From: Candidatus Bathyarchaeota archaeon
GTDB lineage: Archaea > Thermoproteota > Bathyarchaeia > TCS64
DNA length: 60,425 bases
Assembly: GCA_026014515.1 (NCBI GenBank)
Contig: JAOZIG010000286.1
Span: 1-60,425, forward strand
Direction of reading: 5' to 3'
In this document: piece after piece, positions 27,635-37,492 of the stretch
Position numbering within the stretch: the first letter of the stretch is position 1
How the letters are laid out: each line of letters begins with the position of its first letter
Made by a program: the position numbers and the translations under genes
Notes under the pieces: generated by a model
Seen by the model: the letters and a program-made list of their open reading frames with translations, nothing else
Database searches by the model: none
Told to the model about the DNA's origin: nothing

Positions 27635-27704
27635 ATGGTTACCCGCATCATTTCGTACAGATGAATAGAAAAAGGTTGCTAATAATGAAAAAATAGGGGG
27701 ATTT

Positions 27705-30700
27705 TTATGGGTCTGGATGTACCTGAGCACACCACGTGATATCAACGAGCTTGTAACAGATACCCAGGCACTCTGCGTTAGCCTCTACTTGCTCCATCGC
27801 CTTCTGGTAGTTCACATAATAGTCACTGGTCTTGAAGTTGGTCTCAAACCCTGTGCACTCTGTGAAGAGTCCTAGGCATTCAGCCACATGGAACTCTACT
27901 GGGTGTAGGTCGCTATAGTCTATTTCTAGTATGATACTTGTGGTTCCCGGCTGGACGTATTGTAGCCAGTCTAGGAGTCCTCCGCGTAACGCGTAGCATG
28001 CATAGTAGGTGTCTTCCGCTGTGTAGCCGTAGACTATGAAGCCGACTGTCTCGTTGAGGTCCTTGTAGGTGCTGATGAGGGCGTATCCGACATCATCATC
28101 CACTCCGACGCTGCTGTACCATAGTTCATTATCTGGTACGTCTTCCATGGTCATTCCAACATAGTGGTCTAACACTGTGCGTGCCCAGCATCCTGTGGCG
28201 TAGAAGCCGTCCCCGTATTCTGTGAATACCTTGGCGTCTGTGAAGTCGTTGAAGTAATCGGCTGCTAGGTTTGCTAGTGGTCCTCCTACGATGATCATGT
28301 TGCTGCTGCTGATGGCGTATGGGTAGATTGTGTTTCCAGTCCAGTCATCAGGGGTGCACCAATCGTCACGGAAGCTGGTTCTATTGTCGTCAGGTGGATT
28401 CATGTAGTATGGATCTCTTGCGTCTGCGTTTATTGCTGTAAAGTTTCTATGTATCCACGGTATGCTTGGGGCGTTTACTGTTGCCTTTATGTCTAGTCCA
28501 CTGAGCCATACCTCTGTGTTCTTCCAGTCGCACCACGCTGAGCTTAGCATAGCTGCTCCAAGGCTGTCGGATGGTGCCGCGAAGTCGCCTATTACCATCC
28601 ACTCCCATCTTCCTGCATGGAAGCATGAGCCATCCTTGTACATATTCAGCCATGGCGTATCCCAGCTGAAGTTATCTGGGAGTCCACCCCAATTCATTGG
28701 ATAGATCATCTGCTCAGAGCTACTGTGACCAGGCCATGATGCCTCCACATACAAAGCCCACTCAAAGCATCGTCTTTGCATGAAGCCGTATGGGATTCTT
28801 ATCACGAAATAGTCAGGTGCTGTGCCAGTTGGGTCATCCATTCTCATCTCGACTTCTATCTCTGGTGGGAAGTCTTGTTTTATGAATGAGGCGCCGTCCC
28901 AGACATAATATCCTGCAGCTGTGTCTTCTGAGGCTCTTATCTTTACGAGTTTACATCCAGCATTTAGGATTAGGTCTGCTCCTGAGGCCCAGTGCCCAGC
29001 GATGTCTGTCTCGTCAAAGTCTATGATCCATTCAACATAGTCTCGTTGGAATGTTCGTGTCACATCAACTCCGAACATAGTGGTAGTATCCTTGCGTTTA
29101 GCAAAGTCAGTCTCATCGAGTACTAGTTCCCCGGGTAGGAGTAACGTACTGTATAGTACTTTGTATCTATCTGCCCCGTGGTTGTTGTCAATAGTGAGTT
29201 CGTTTGGTCCTGTTATTCTATAGTCGGTGTCTCTTTCTAGCAATACTTGCCCTGAGGGTGTGTATGCTAGGACTTTTTCGGAGTCTTGGCAGTAGTATCC
29301 CCACTTTTCAGGGAACCAGATTATGTGTTCGTCATCTAGACAATCTCGATAGTTACCGTATTTGTCGAATAGGTGGCTTTGGAGAACAATCATGTCTGTC
29401 ATTGTTCCTTTTTGTGCCCATCTGAAAGTGTCTTTATGAGCTATATCGTTCAAGTCTATTGGGTTGAACACTTCATCCAGTTGGTAGAGTACCTCTGAGT
29501 CGATCCTGAAGTAGCCTTCCTCAACTCCTTCAGGCATATCCGGGTCTACTCCGTTATGCAGATCAGTTACTCCATAGACGCTCATGCATCTGAACTGGTG
29601 TGTGCTGTTCTCTGGGTGATCCAAGTCTAGGTCAAAGTCCCACTCTGCGAAGACGTATGGTGTGTCTGGTTCCTCGTTCATTCCGTAGCTGAGAACCGTG
29701 TCTCCGGGCTCGAACAGGGGCTCCATACACTCTAAGGCTGTGCTGTTCTGGGGGGTGTTTCCCTTCATGAATCGCTTGTAGACGACCTTGAAGTTGTCTC
29801 CCCATCCCCACTGGAATGGCTTGATACGTACTGCACCATATGGTCCGATATCAGGTGACCATATCCATTGACCGGGGGTACCGCCTTCCTGTTGTAGCAG
29901 TTTAGCGTATTCACCGTTGGATTCTTCCCTGAACACCCATGGGTCTGTCTCCCATTCTCCTTCTCCACGTGGGTAGGCCACTGGTTCTTTTGGAAGTAAG
30001 ATGACTATCTCCCCAGTTGTATCATTGTAGTATATCCATGGGTCAACTAGGTCATTGGCTGATGTGGGTAACTGTGCCTCATGTTCAAAGGTCTCCATCG
30101 TTGATAACAGGCTTGGAACATCAACGTCATCAGATAGTCTGCGGACGTTGTATGTTTCCGTTACCCATTTTGATATCAACGGTGGCCAGAACGCCGCGAA
30201 TCCCACAAGCTCATTCTCCGATGGGTCACTCGGGTCTCCGATGATCTGGCAGAGATCATAATTAGCTGGGACGCCTCCCTCCGGGTAGTAGAATGGGTGT
30301 TTGATGTACTTGGTTGTCAAGTTATCATAGAACTCTGCGTAGCATCTTGGCGCTGTGCTGAGTCCTATGTCCCACTCTGCTCTTTGGCTGAACTCTATCT
30401 GGAATGGTCCGTCCATCTTGTTGTTGTCGATGCGTTTGACGTCCTTGATCTCAACGACATATTTCTTGACCTTGTTGAAGACAAGCTGTATGGTGAGTTC
30501 CACGAGGGGTACTCCTCCCTGAGCCTTGTCCTTGTCGTAGATGGTTGTGTTCAGTAGGTAGATGGCTTCTCTTTCCCCGTCATAGATGAGCCTGATAGGC
30601 GCTGTTTCCGCGTATCCATTGGTTCTTCTTCCACCGGGTGTATCACTGGGGTCGCTTGCGTCCTTGGTTAGTTGTTCGTTTCTCCATTCGCCTCCTACGC

Positions 30701-31091
30701 CTGCTACTGTTCTGTCTGAGAAGAGGGCGTACGCCCATGTGTTTCTGAGGTATCCTCCTTGTGTGTAGTGGATGTCCATTATCCATCCGCTGCACCAGTC
30801 CTTGATGGGCACCATGCTGTTAGCGAAAACATCAACGCCGTCGTACTTGAGACCGAGTCCCATGTTGTTGTCGATGAGTTCACCGTATTTGCTGAATCCC
30901 ACTTGTAGGCTGGTGTCTTCCCATGGGTAGAGTATGTAGGTGTCGCTGTCTAGTAATCCATAGTCTGTGTATGTGTCGCCTCCTCCCGGGGTTTCGGGTA
31001 GGGCGGCTGTTGCTACTGGTAGCATCCATGTGCTTGATAGTAGAAGTATTGATAGTACTAGTATTGTGAATCTTGGTTTCGTAGTTTTCAT
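27705..31091 (-). CDS. S-layer-like secreted surface protein
   Basis: Signal peptide, acidic 1128 aa, C-terminal SSNMIIVGGPLANLAA resembling the archaeal S-layer GGPxAN motif, N-glycosylation sequons. Confidence 0.7.
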   Translation of the reverse strand: MKTTKPRFTILVLSILLLSSTWMLPVATAALPETPGGGDTYTDYGLLDSDTYILYPWEDTSLQVGFSKYGELIDNNMGLGLKYDGVDVFANSMVPIKDWCSGWIMDIHYTQGGYLRNTWAYALFSDRTVAGVGGEWRNEQLTKDASDPSDTPGGRRTNGYAETAPIRLIYDGEREAIYLLNTTIYDKDKAQGGVPLVELTIQLVFNKVKKYVVEIKDVKRIDNNKMDGPFQIEFSQRAEWDIGLSTAPRCYAEFYDNLTTKYIKHPFYYPEGGVPANYDLCQIIGDPSDPSENELVGFAAFWPPLISKWVTETYNVRRLSDDVDVPSLLSTMETFEHEAQLPTSANDLVDPWIYYNDTTGEIVILLPKEPVAYPRGEGEWETDPWVFREESNGEYAKLLQQEGGTPGQWIWSPDIGPYGAVRIKPFQWGWGDNFKVVYKRFMKGNTPQNSTALECMEPLFEPGDTVLSYGMNEEPDTPYVFAEWDFDLDLDHPENSTHQFRCMSVYGVTDLHNGVDPDMPEGVEEGYFRIDSEVLYQLDEVFNPIDLNDIAHKDTFRWAQKGTMTDMIVLQSHLFDKYGNYRDCLDDEHIIWFPEKWGYYCQDSEKVLAYTPSGQVLLERDTDYRITGPNELTIDNNHGADRYKVLYSTLLLPGELVLDETDFAKRKDTTTMFGVDVTRTFQRDYVEWIIDFDETDIAGHWASGADLILNAGCKLVKIRASEDTAAGYYVWDGASFIKQDFPPEIEVEMRMDDPTGTAPDYFVIRIPYGFMQRRCFEWALYVEASWPGHSSSEQMIYPMNWGGLPDNFSWDTPWLNMYKDGSCFHAGRWEWMVIGDFAAPSDSLGAAMLSSAWCDWKNTEVWLSGLDIKATVNAPSIPWIHRNFTAINADARDPYYMNPPDDNRTSFRDDWCTPDDWTGNTIYPYAISSSNMIIVGGPLANLAADYFNDFTDAKVFTEYGDGFYATGCWARTVLDHYVGMTMEDVPDNELWYSSVGVDDDVGYALISTYKDLNETVGFIVYGYTAEDTYYACYALRGGLLDWLQYVQPGTTSIILEIDYSDLHPVEFHVAECLGLFTECTGFETNFKTSDYYVNYQKAMEQVEANAECLGICYKLVDITWCAQVHPDP

Positions 31092-31146
31092 TTACGTTTC
31101 CCATCAAAACTCGATTTTTAGTTGATTAAAACACTAAGTTACCAGA

Positions 31147-31165
31147 TGTCACCATCTTGGTGACA
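31147..31165. promoter_or_regulatory. Perfect 8-3-8 palindrome upstream of the S-layer-like gene
   Basis: TGTCACCA-TCT-TGGTGACA. Confidence 0.5.
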
Positions 31166-31183
31166 CTTGTTTCTAAAGTCTCT

Positions 31184-31196
31184 GGGTTACAGTATT
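31184..31196. repeat. 13-bp repeat, copy 1 (GGGTTACAGTATT)
   Basis: Identical copy in the same orientation at 31613-31625. Confidence 0.7.
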
Positions 31197-31205
31197 TTGG
31201 TGTCA

Positions 31206-31559
31206 TCATGTCGGTGACAGCAGATTGTCTTTCACTGAATCGATCAGGTTCCTAGCCATCAATTCCTTAAACTCATCTTCAGAGTACTGACTATAGAAGA
31301 GAATCCTAAGTCCTCCACGTCCAGTACCCGTATCAAAGGATATGATTTCTTTCTCAGCTAACTCATCAAGAAAATGATAGACGGTTGCCCTTGAGACCCG
31401 TTTATCTAGGTTGTCACATACTTTGTCCCAGATTTGCTTGGTGGTGAATTTTTTCATTGGTTTTGCCCAAAGGCATCTTATTGTTTGTATCTGCCATTCT
31501 CTAAATAGTGTCCTGAGTCCCTTCTTCTCAGGGTCGAATTTGAGTGCAGATTGCATCAT
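31206..31559 (-). CDS. Winged-HTH transcriptional regulator (BlaI/MecI/Fur-like fold)
   Basis: TTKQIWDKV....VSRATVYHFLDELAEKEII...GTGRGG. Confidence 0.8.
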   Translation of the reverse strand: MMQSALKFDPEKKGLRTLFREWQIQTIRCLWAKPMKKFTTKQIWDKVCDNLDKRVSRATVYHFLDELAEKEIISFDTGTGRGGLRILFYSQYSEDEFKELMARNLIDSVKDNLLSPT

Positions 31560-31612
31560 TATTTTTTCTTATTTATTGGATTAATCTCTACTGAGTTATG
31601 TCAGATTTTTTC

Positions 31613-31625
31613 GGGTTACAGTATT
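31613..31625. repeat. 13-bp repeat, copy 2 (GGGTTACAGTATT)
   Basis: Identical to 31184-31196; lies upstream of the wHTH gene. Confidence 0.7.
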
Positions 31626-31641
31626 CTTAAAAATAGAAAAA

Positions 31642-32529
31642 TTAGGGAGATAATCCCATATGGTAAAGGTCAGCCTCAGCAGCGATATAACCGAAACCTG
31701 CCCAGCCTTCAACGGCTACAATGTCTCTTAGAATCTTTGCTGCCTTCTCCTTTTCACCTGTATAATGGTACCAGTTAGCTACTCCATACCCTGTGGTGAC
31801 TAAACCGAGATCGCCCATCTCGTAGGCTTCTTTCATCAAATCTTCTGGAGTGTTTTCTCCTTTATACATCATGAGGCATTTGTGGTAGTGGTGGTTCTCG
31901 ATAACATCCATATCTGCGGTGATCTTTTCTAGAATTTTCTCTGCCTCTGCTTTTCTGCCTAGTCTTCTTAATGTCATGTAGTACCAGTGGGCTGTTGCGA
32001 TGACCTTGTCATCGATCTCTGATGCCTTCATACACATCTCATAGGCGTGTAGAGCCTTCTCAAAGTCAGCCTTCAAGTAGTAAGCAAGTCCCAAATGATA
32101 CCATATGTTGAAGTGGAGGCTACTCACAGGTATTCCACGCTCGTTTGGAATACCGTCGGGCTCGATCTCGTCTGGTTTTCCTTCTATAAGTTCGGCTGCT
32201 TTCTCAAAGTCGCTAATAGCTTGATCAAAGAATCTGAGTGTGATGAATCTATGTGCCCTGTGTCTGTACATTCGTGGGTCTGTTGGGTGTTTCTCTATGC
32301 CCATGCTGTAGATGGCGATTGATTTCCTGAAATCACCGATGTAGGCTGTTCTTCTGCCCAACCAGATGATGTTATCAGCGTCCTCGGGGTCAGACTCATA
32401 GTTCTTCAGTGCCTCATCGTAGAGTTTCTTCTGCCTCTCCAAGATGTCTGCTCTGAGAGGTGTTTTGAATAGTGGCTCACCAAATAAGCTGAAGGTTTCG
32501 GGGTCCTCGGGTAGTTTTATTGTTGGCAT
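31642..32529 (-). CDS. TPR protein, paralog A
   Basis: WLGRRTAY, YRHRAHRFITLR.FD.AI.DFEKA, WYHLGLAYYLK, C-terminal WAGFGYIAAEADL. Confidence 0.85.
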   Translation of the reverse strand: MPTIKLPEDPETFSLFGEPLFKTPLRADILERQKKLYDEALKNYESDPEDADNIIWLGRRTAYIGDFRKSIAIYSMGIEKHPTDPRMYRHRAHRFITLRFFDQAISDFEKAAELIEGKPDEIEPDGIPNERGIPVSSLHFNIWYHLGLAYYLKADFEKALHAYEMCMKASEIDDKVIATAHWYYMTLRRLGRKAEAEKILEKITADMDVIENHHYHKCLMMYKGENTPEDLMKEAYEMGDLGLVTTGYGVANWYHYTGEKEKAAKILRDIVAVEGWAGFGYIAAEADLYHMGLSP

Positions 32530-32599
32530 TCTTGTTCACCAGAATAACATTTGATGCGGATGGGCGGTGTTTAAGTTTGCTGTAAGGTTTTAAGGAGGC

Positions 32600-34219
32600 T
32601 TGATTATTCTAGGGGGAAGAGGATTAATATTGACTGAGGGACGCAACTGGAACCGCGTACAGACCACAATGGCGGTTATAATCATATTCATGATTCTTGG
32701 ATTCGCTGGACTCTATTTCTGGGAACCAGATGACGCTGTAAGCTTCACAAAACATGGTACAGTAGGAATAATCGAGGTCTATGGAGTAGTAGACGAGAGT
32801 TATCAAGCGTATATCTTGTCCTCAGCGGTAGAAGAAGCCCTCAACGATAACGATGTAAAAGCAGTTGTACTGGAGATTGATAGCCCCGGAGGCTCAGCCT
32901 ACCTTATAGAACAAGTCTATCTAGACTTATTAGAGCTCAAAACCGAGAAACCAATCGTAGCATCCATATCCATGGCGCTATCAGGAGGATATTATATCGC
33001 TGTAGCAGCCGACCATGTCTATACATTGCCCTCAGCTATGGTTGGAAACGTTGGTGTCATCGGCACTGGACCGGGCTGGATTGTTCCTAGCGAGACCACC
33101 CTTGAGACTGGTCCAAACAAGATAACCGGGTTCAGCCCAGAAAAGTTCCCCTTTGACCTTACTACGGTTCTTCAAAGTTTCAGTGATGCCGTGGAGACTG
33201 GAAGGGGTGATGCCCTGAATATACCCATGTCTACGGTGACAAAAGGTTCTATCTGGATGGGTGTTGATGCTGTTGAGGATGGTTTAGCTGATGAGGTTGG
33301 CTCGCTTCAGACTGCAATCAAGTATGCTGCTGAGTTAGCTAACCTTGAAGACTATGATGTTGAATCACTAGTCGCACGAGTCGCTGAAAGCTATGAAGCT
33401 ATAGAGATAACTTATCCATCAATAGCGGAGTTAAACGAAAAGAATCCTCCGCCAGCAATCTACTATCTATATCTGCCTGAGCAGATTTACGCCCAGAGCG
33501 AGACACCTGCTAACCAGACAGAGTCAATGAACGTGACCAGCATCAGGGGTGACGTATTGGTGGATATGAGTCACGGTAACGCTATCAGTCCATGGATACT
33601 TGATGCCTTCGCTAGACTAGTTACAGAAGAAGGTATGGTAGTCGGGTATTCTGATAGCTGGAGTAATATCGAGGACGCCTTGAACGAGACCAAGGCGCTA
33701 GTAATCGCCTGCCCAACACAATACTACTCCAACGAGGAATATGAGAAGATCAACTCATGGGTAATCCGAGGAGGAACCCTGATACTACTGGGTGATGCAA
33801 GCGCTGATTTCCTAAGCGTCTATACGTTACAGGCTCCACTGAACAGCCTCAGCGAGCACTGGGGAATCCACTATGGAAACGGCTATCTCTACAACCTAGA
33901 GGAAAACTACGGCTACTATCGAAACATCATCGTAGATGACATCAGAGACAGCTTCCTATCTGAAGGCGTCGATGAACTGGTATTCTACACCGCTGGACCA
34001 GTCTACTCAGCGAGCCGAGGCTACATGACCACAAGCACTCACACCTATGACTCAGTTACCGAGAGACCGGGAGAATATGATGTGGTTGCCATCTACAAGC
34101 TTGGAGACCAGAAGGTAATCGCCTTCGGAGACATGACTTGGCTCATGGAGCCATACGTTAACGCAGCCGACAACTATAGGCTACTAGAAAACTTGGTTGA
34201 GGCAATAGCCTCAGACTAG
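32600..34219 (+). CDS. S49 (SppA-like) peptidase fused to a C-terminal class-I-GATase-like (GldG/DUF4350-like) domain
   Basis: N-terminal TM, AVVLEIDSPGGS, ALSGGYYIA, GNVGV, GLADEVG; then VLVDMSHG...GGTLILLGD...KVIAFGD. Start may be TTG 32630. Confidence 0.82.
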   Translation: MIILGGRGLILTEGRNWNRVQTTMAVIIIFMILGFAGLYFWEPDDAVSFTKHGTVGIIEVYGVVDESYQAYILSSAVEEALNDNDVKAVVLEIDSPGGSAYLIEQVYLDLLELKTEKPIVASISMALSGGYYIAVAADHVYTLPSAMVGNVGVIGTGPGWIVPSETTLETGPNKITGFSPEKFPFDLTTVLQSFSDAVETGRGDALNIPMSTVTKGSIWMGVDAVEDGLADEVGSLQTAIKYAAELANLEDYDVESLVARVAESYEAIEITYPSIAELNEKNPPPAIYYLYLPEQIYAQSETPANQTESMNVTSIRGDVLVDMSHGNAISPWILDAFARLVTEEGMVVGYSDSWSNIEDALNETKALVIACPTQYYSNEEYEKINSWVIRGGTLILLGDASADFLSVYTLQAPLNSLSEHWGIHYGNGYLYNLEENYGYYRNIIVDDIRDSFLSEGVDELVFYTAGPVYSASRGYMTTSTHTYDSVTERPGEYDVVAIYKLGDQKVIAFGDMTWLMEPYVNAADNYRLLENLVEAIASD

Positions 34220-34220
34220 A

Positions 34221-35408
34221 TTATTTAGCTAGCTCGTGGACGACGGCAACCCACACTTTAGCCATTTTTATCAAGCTATCAATGTAGACAAACTCGTCAG
34301 GTCCATGTGCTCCGCCGCCTATGGGGCCAAAGCCTATGGTCTGCATTCCTGCTTGTCTGTATAGGCGTCCATCAGTGCTACCAGCCCATGTTACGTATAA
34401 CTCGGGCTCAGTGCCTAACGCTGTTTTTACTGCTTTCTTGAAGGCTTGTCCTAGCTCGGATTCTGGGCTCGTATAGTTGGCTGGTGTATACTGCCAGCTT
34501 CCGTCCTCGTTCTTTGGGGCGATAATCTCCCATTTCCAGTCCGGGTCTCCCTCACCTGCCTTGTCAAGGTCAGCCTTAACCTCGGCTACTACATCATCAG
34601 CTGTCTCCCCGATTATTAGCCGTCTATCTACTGTGATTGTGCATTCTGCTGGGACTTGGTTTGAGACTGTTCCCGCCTGTATGATGTTGACGCTCTGCAT
34701 CGGGTGACCGATCCATTCATGGAATTTGTCGATATGATGCTCCAGCGCCAATACGCCTTTGCTTGCCTTCGCAATAGCGTTGATCCCAGTTACCCTTGAG
34801 GCGGCTGTATGTGCTGCTCTACCATAGAACTTGACTTGGTATCCGAACATGCCTCGCTCAGCGACACGCACCTGTAGATTGCTCTGTTCACCTATCACCA
34901 CATAGTCTGGACGCCTCAACTCACCGGCAACAATCTTGTCAACTACTATCTTGCTTCCAGCTTGTGCTCCTCTTTCCTCGTCGGGCACAAGATGCACCCC
35001 TACGCCGAGAGGTAAGTCCATGTCTTTGAGTATCTCAAGGAGGTGGATCATGGTTGCGCAGCTTGATTTCATGTCGCTTGAGCCTCTACCATAGAGCATA
35101 CCCTCCTCTACTACTGGTTTCCATGGGTCTTTTGTCCATGCGTCGGGCTTCGCGATTGGTACCACGTCTAGGTGTCCATTGAATATGATCTGTTTCTCGG
35201 CTTCTGGGTTGATGCACGCGTAGATTATGGGGCGTTCCTCTGATCCAAGTACCTCTACATGTATTCCCATGTCTTCAAGGAGCTTTACTGCGTGCTCCAT
35301 TACCTCTTTCTCGTTCCCAGAAATGCTGGGAATCTCTATTACTTGCTTCGATAGCTCGATGATACGGTTCTCATCCACGAGCTTCAAGGCATCTGATAGG
35401 CTAGTCAT
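34221..35408 (-). CDS. M20 metallopeptidase (ArgE/DapE family)
   Basis: NGHLDVVP, GRGSSDMK, DEE, GEQ, GRAAH, GSTDG, AHGPDE. Confidence 0.93.
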   Translation of the reverse strand: MTSLSDALKLVDENRIIELSKQVIEIPSISGNEKEVMEHAVKLLEDMGIHVEVLGSEERPIIYACINPEAEKQIIFNGHLDVVPIAKPDAWTKDPWKPVVEEGMLYGRGSSDMKSSCATMIHLLEILKDMDLPLGVGVHLVPDEERGAQAGSKIVVDKIVAGELRRPDYVVIGEQSNLQVRVAERGMFGYQVKFYGRAAHTAASRVTGINAIAKASKGVLALEHHIDKFHEWIGHPMQSVNIIQAGTVSNQVPAECTITVDRRLIIGETADDVVAEVKADLDKAGEGDPDWKWEIIAPKNEDGSWQYTPANYTSPESELGQAFKKAVKTALGTEPELYVTWAGSTDGRLYRQAGMQTIGFGPIGGGAHGPDEFVYIDSLIKMAKVWVAVVHELAK

Positions 35409-35441
35409 GGCTTATTGTCTGTCTTTCGCTGATTTAAGCCC

Positions 35442-37448
35442 TCAGAGTTCAATAATGGTCTCTTTGTCTTTGAACTTCTTGAACGTGCTCTGTTTTCTAC
35501 TCGCACTCTTTCTTATGATGGGCTCCTCTCCCATCGCCCACTTACTGATGAGGTTCCTGTGCTCATAGTAGCGTCTATCCAGCAACCAGTAATGACACCA
35601 GTCATCTCTACCACGAATACCCCTACCGAGACTCTGGTTAGCCGCCCTGAAAGCATCCATAGTATACCATTTGTTACCGAGTCCCTTCTTCTGTTTGTTG
35701 AAGTAGTTCATCTGTGCCTTCACTAGGGGGTCACCGTAGTTTGCGTAGGGTACACCTACGAGGAATATTCCTCTTGCTTGGTCCTCTGGGAAGTTGCTTC
35801 CTTCACTGTTTCTACCCCTGAAAACACAGCATAACACAGCGCCACCGAGACTCACAGACATGTTCTTGTATCTGGTTACCACGTCTCGGTTCTGTGCGGC
35901 GTCTCTTCCCTCCCTGAATAACTGTTTGCCGCCAAGGTATGGTATCCCGTTTTGTGTCTTTACGATGCCTTTCTTGGTCCATGCATCAATACAGTTGTTC
36001 ATGAATCCCCTTTGGGTAAAGAATATGAGGGCTCCTTGGTTTACTTTCTCAAGGTCAGATGCGATGGTTGAACCCATCTTGGCTATCATCTGCTCGGTAC
36101 GTTCATTATACACCGACGAGATGCCCGTGTCGATGGTCATCTTGATCTTTTCTGATTTCTGTATCGGTGGATAGACCTGTTTCTCGGCTTTCTCCTGTCC
36201 AATAATCTCGGCAAATGTATCAATGGGGCTCAGAGTACCACTCATGATAAGCACACCATCAGCATCCTGTACAACAGGCTCTACTGCGAGACTTGGATCA
36301 AGACACCTGTACTCTATTACAGGCGCCCCATAATAGTTGCGCGTATACAATCCAACGTATCTATTCTTCTGGCTCGTCTGAAGCAACTCAAAGAACTCCA
36401 GTAACCCATTCAGATAGCTTACAGGTGGGTTTCGGTTCTGAATCTTAATAGATCTGATTGCGTCAACAAAGGGGGCATGTCCCTCTATGAAGGTGTGAAT
36501 ATCTGTTCGGAGGGCTTTCTCTAGTTCCTCCTCCAATATGCTTGGAGCAACGAGTCTGGGCTTACCGCTATCATTCTTCAACAGATGCTCACCGAGTCGG
36601 TTGATATAACGAGCTGATTTTCCGATGAGCCTCATCTCCTCCGCTGCGGCACTCAAACCACGCTCCGTCAAGGTATCGCTGAGAATCTCTTGACCAACTT
36701 GGTCAATATTATGGCCCTCATCGAGGATGAGTATTTTTTTTTCCAAGTCTAGCCCAGTCATGAGCCGGATCATGGGGTTGAAAATATACGGATAAGGCGC
36801 CACAATCACGTTCACATCCTTTGCAACGCGTCTTGAGAGGAAGTATGGACAGATTTTTCTCTTCTGACCTTCAGCTATGAGTTCTTTTCTCCCGAGAATA
36901 ATCGGTAAGCCCTTCGGTGGGTTCTCTATCTCGTGGATATATGGGCACTCATCGTTTTTTCTAAGAGTATGACAATACTCTTGAGCTTCATTTGATGGAA
37001 GCTCCCTGCATTCAGAGTTTATACAGAGAAACGCCCTGCTTGCTAGGTTCACCGCCGAATACTTTTCACCTGATTTATCGTTGATACTCTCTAACTCAAG
37101 CAATACCTGACGAACCTGCTCATGGGTACGTGTAGCATAGATAATCTGTTTACCCGTTGGAAGAAGACAGCTTAGGGTACTGATGGTCTTCCCGAAGCCG
37201 TTACAGGCTTCCGCAATCAATACACCGCCTTTAGCGACGGTTCTCTGAACATCCTCTATGAACTCTACCTGCGGTTGATATGGTTCATATGGGAAAAGGT
37301 CTCTCCAATCCTTCCTCGGTGCATTACTAGGCACTATTTCTAGGAGTGTTTCACAGTCTCTGCAGAATCTGTCTTCCTCGTATTCTTCTAAACTGTATGA
37401 TTTACCACATTTGGGGCACTGTGCAGAGGAAGCCATAGCAGTACCCAT
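35442..37448 (-). CDS. XPD/Rad3-like Fe-S DNA helicase with N-terminal zinc ribbon
   Basis: FPYEPYQPQ Q-motif, EACNGFGKT, Fe-S cysteines (LCIN..C...C...CPYF), ILDEGHN, MSGTLSP, SEG, QSLGRGIRG; N-terminal CPKC...CRDC. Confidence 0.92.
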   Translation of the reverse strand: MGTAMASSAQCPKCGKSYSLEEYEEDRFCRDCETLLEIVPSNAPRKDWRDLFPYEPYQPQVEFIEDVQRTVAKGGVLIAEACNGFGKTISTLSCLLPTGKQIIYATRTHEQVRQVLLELESINDKSGEKYSAVNLASRAFLCINSECRELPSNEAQEYCHTLRKNDECPYIHEIENPPKGLPIILGRKELIAEGQKRKICPYFLSRRVAKDVNVIVAPYPYIFNPMIRLMTGLDLEKKILILDEGHNIDQVGQEILSDTLTERGLSAAAEEMRLIGKSARYINRLGEHLLKNDSGKPRLVAPSILEEELEKALRTDIHTFIEGHAPFVDAIRSIKIQNRNPPVSYLNGLLEFFELLQTSQKNRYVGLYTRNYYGAPVIEYRCLDPSLAVEPVVQDADGVLIMSGTLSPIDTFAEIIGQEKAEKQVYPPIQKSEKIKMTIDTGISSVYNERTEQMIAKMGSTIASDLEKVNQGALIFFTQRGFMNNCIDAWTKKGIVKTQNGIPYLGGKQLFREGRDAAQNRDVVTRYKNMSVSLGGAVLCCVFRGRNSEGSNFPEDQARGIFLVGVPYANYGDPLVKAQMNYFNKQKKGLGNKWYTMDAFRAANQSLGRGIRGRDDWCHYWLLDRRYYEHRNLISKWAMGEEPIIRKSASRKQSTFKKFKDKETIIEL

Positions 37449-37492
37449 ACAATGGAATACAATTTAAAGCACATGTTCTCAAAATCAGCGGA

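Noticed and set aside
27635..27745. 37-aa N-terminal extension of PyrI-PyrE
   Set aside because: It overlaps the end and T-rich terminator region of the S-layer-like gene; PyrI similarity starts at LSNRQLLVSKI.
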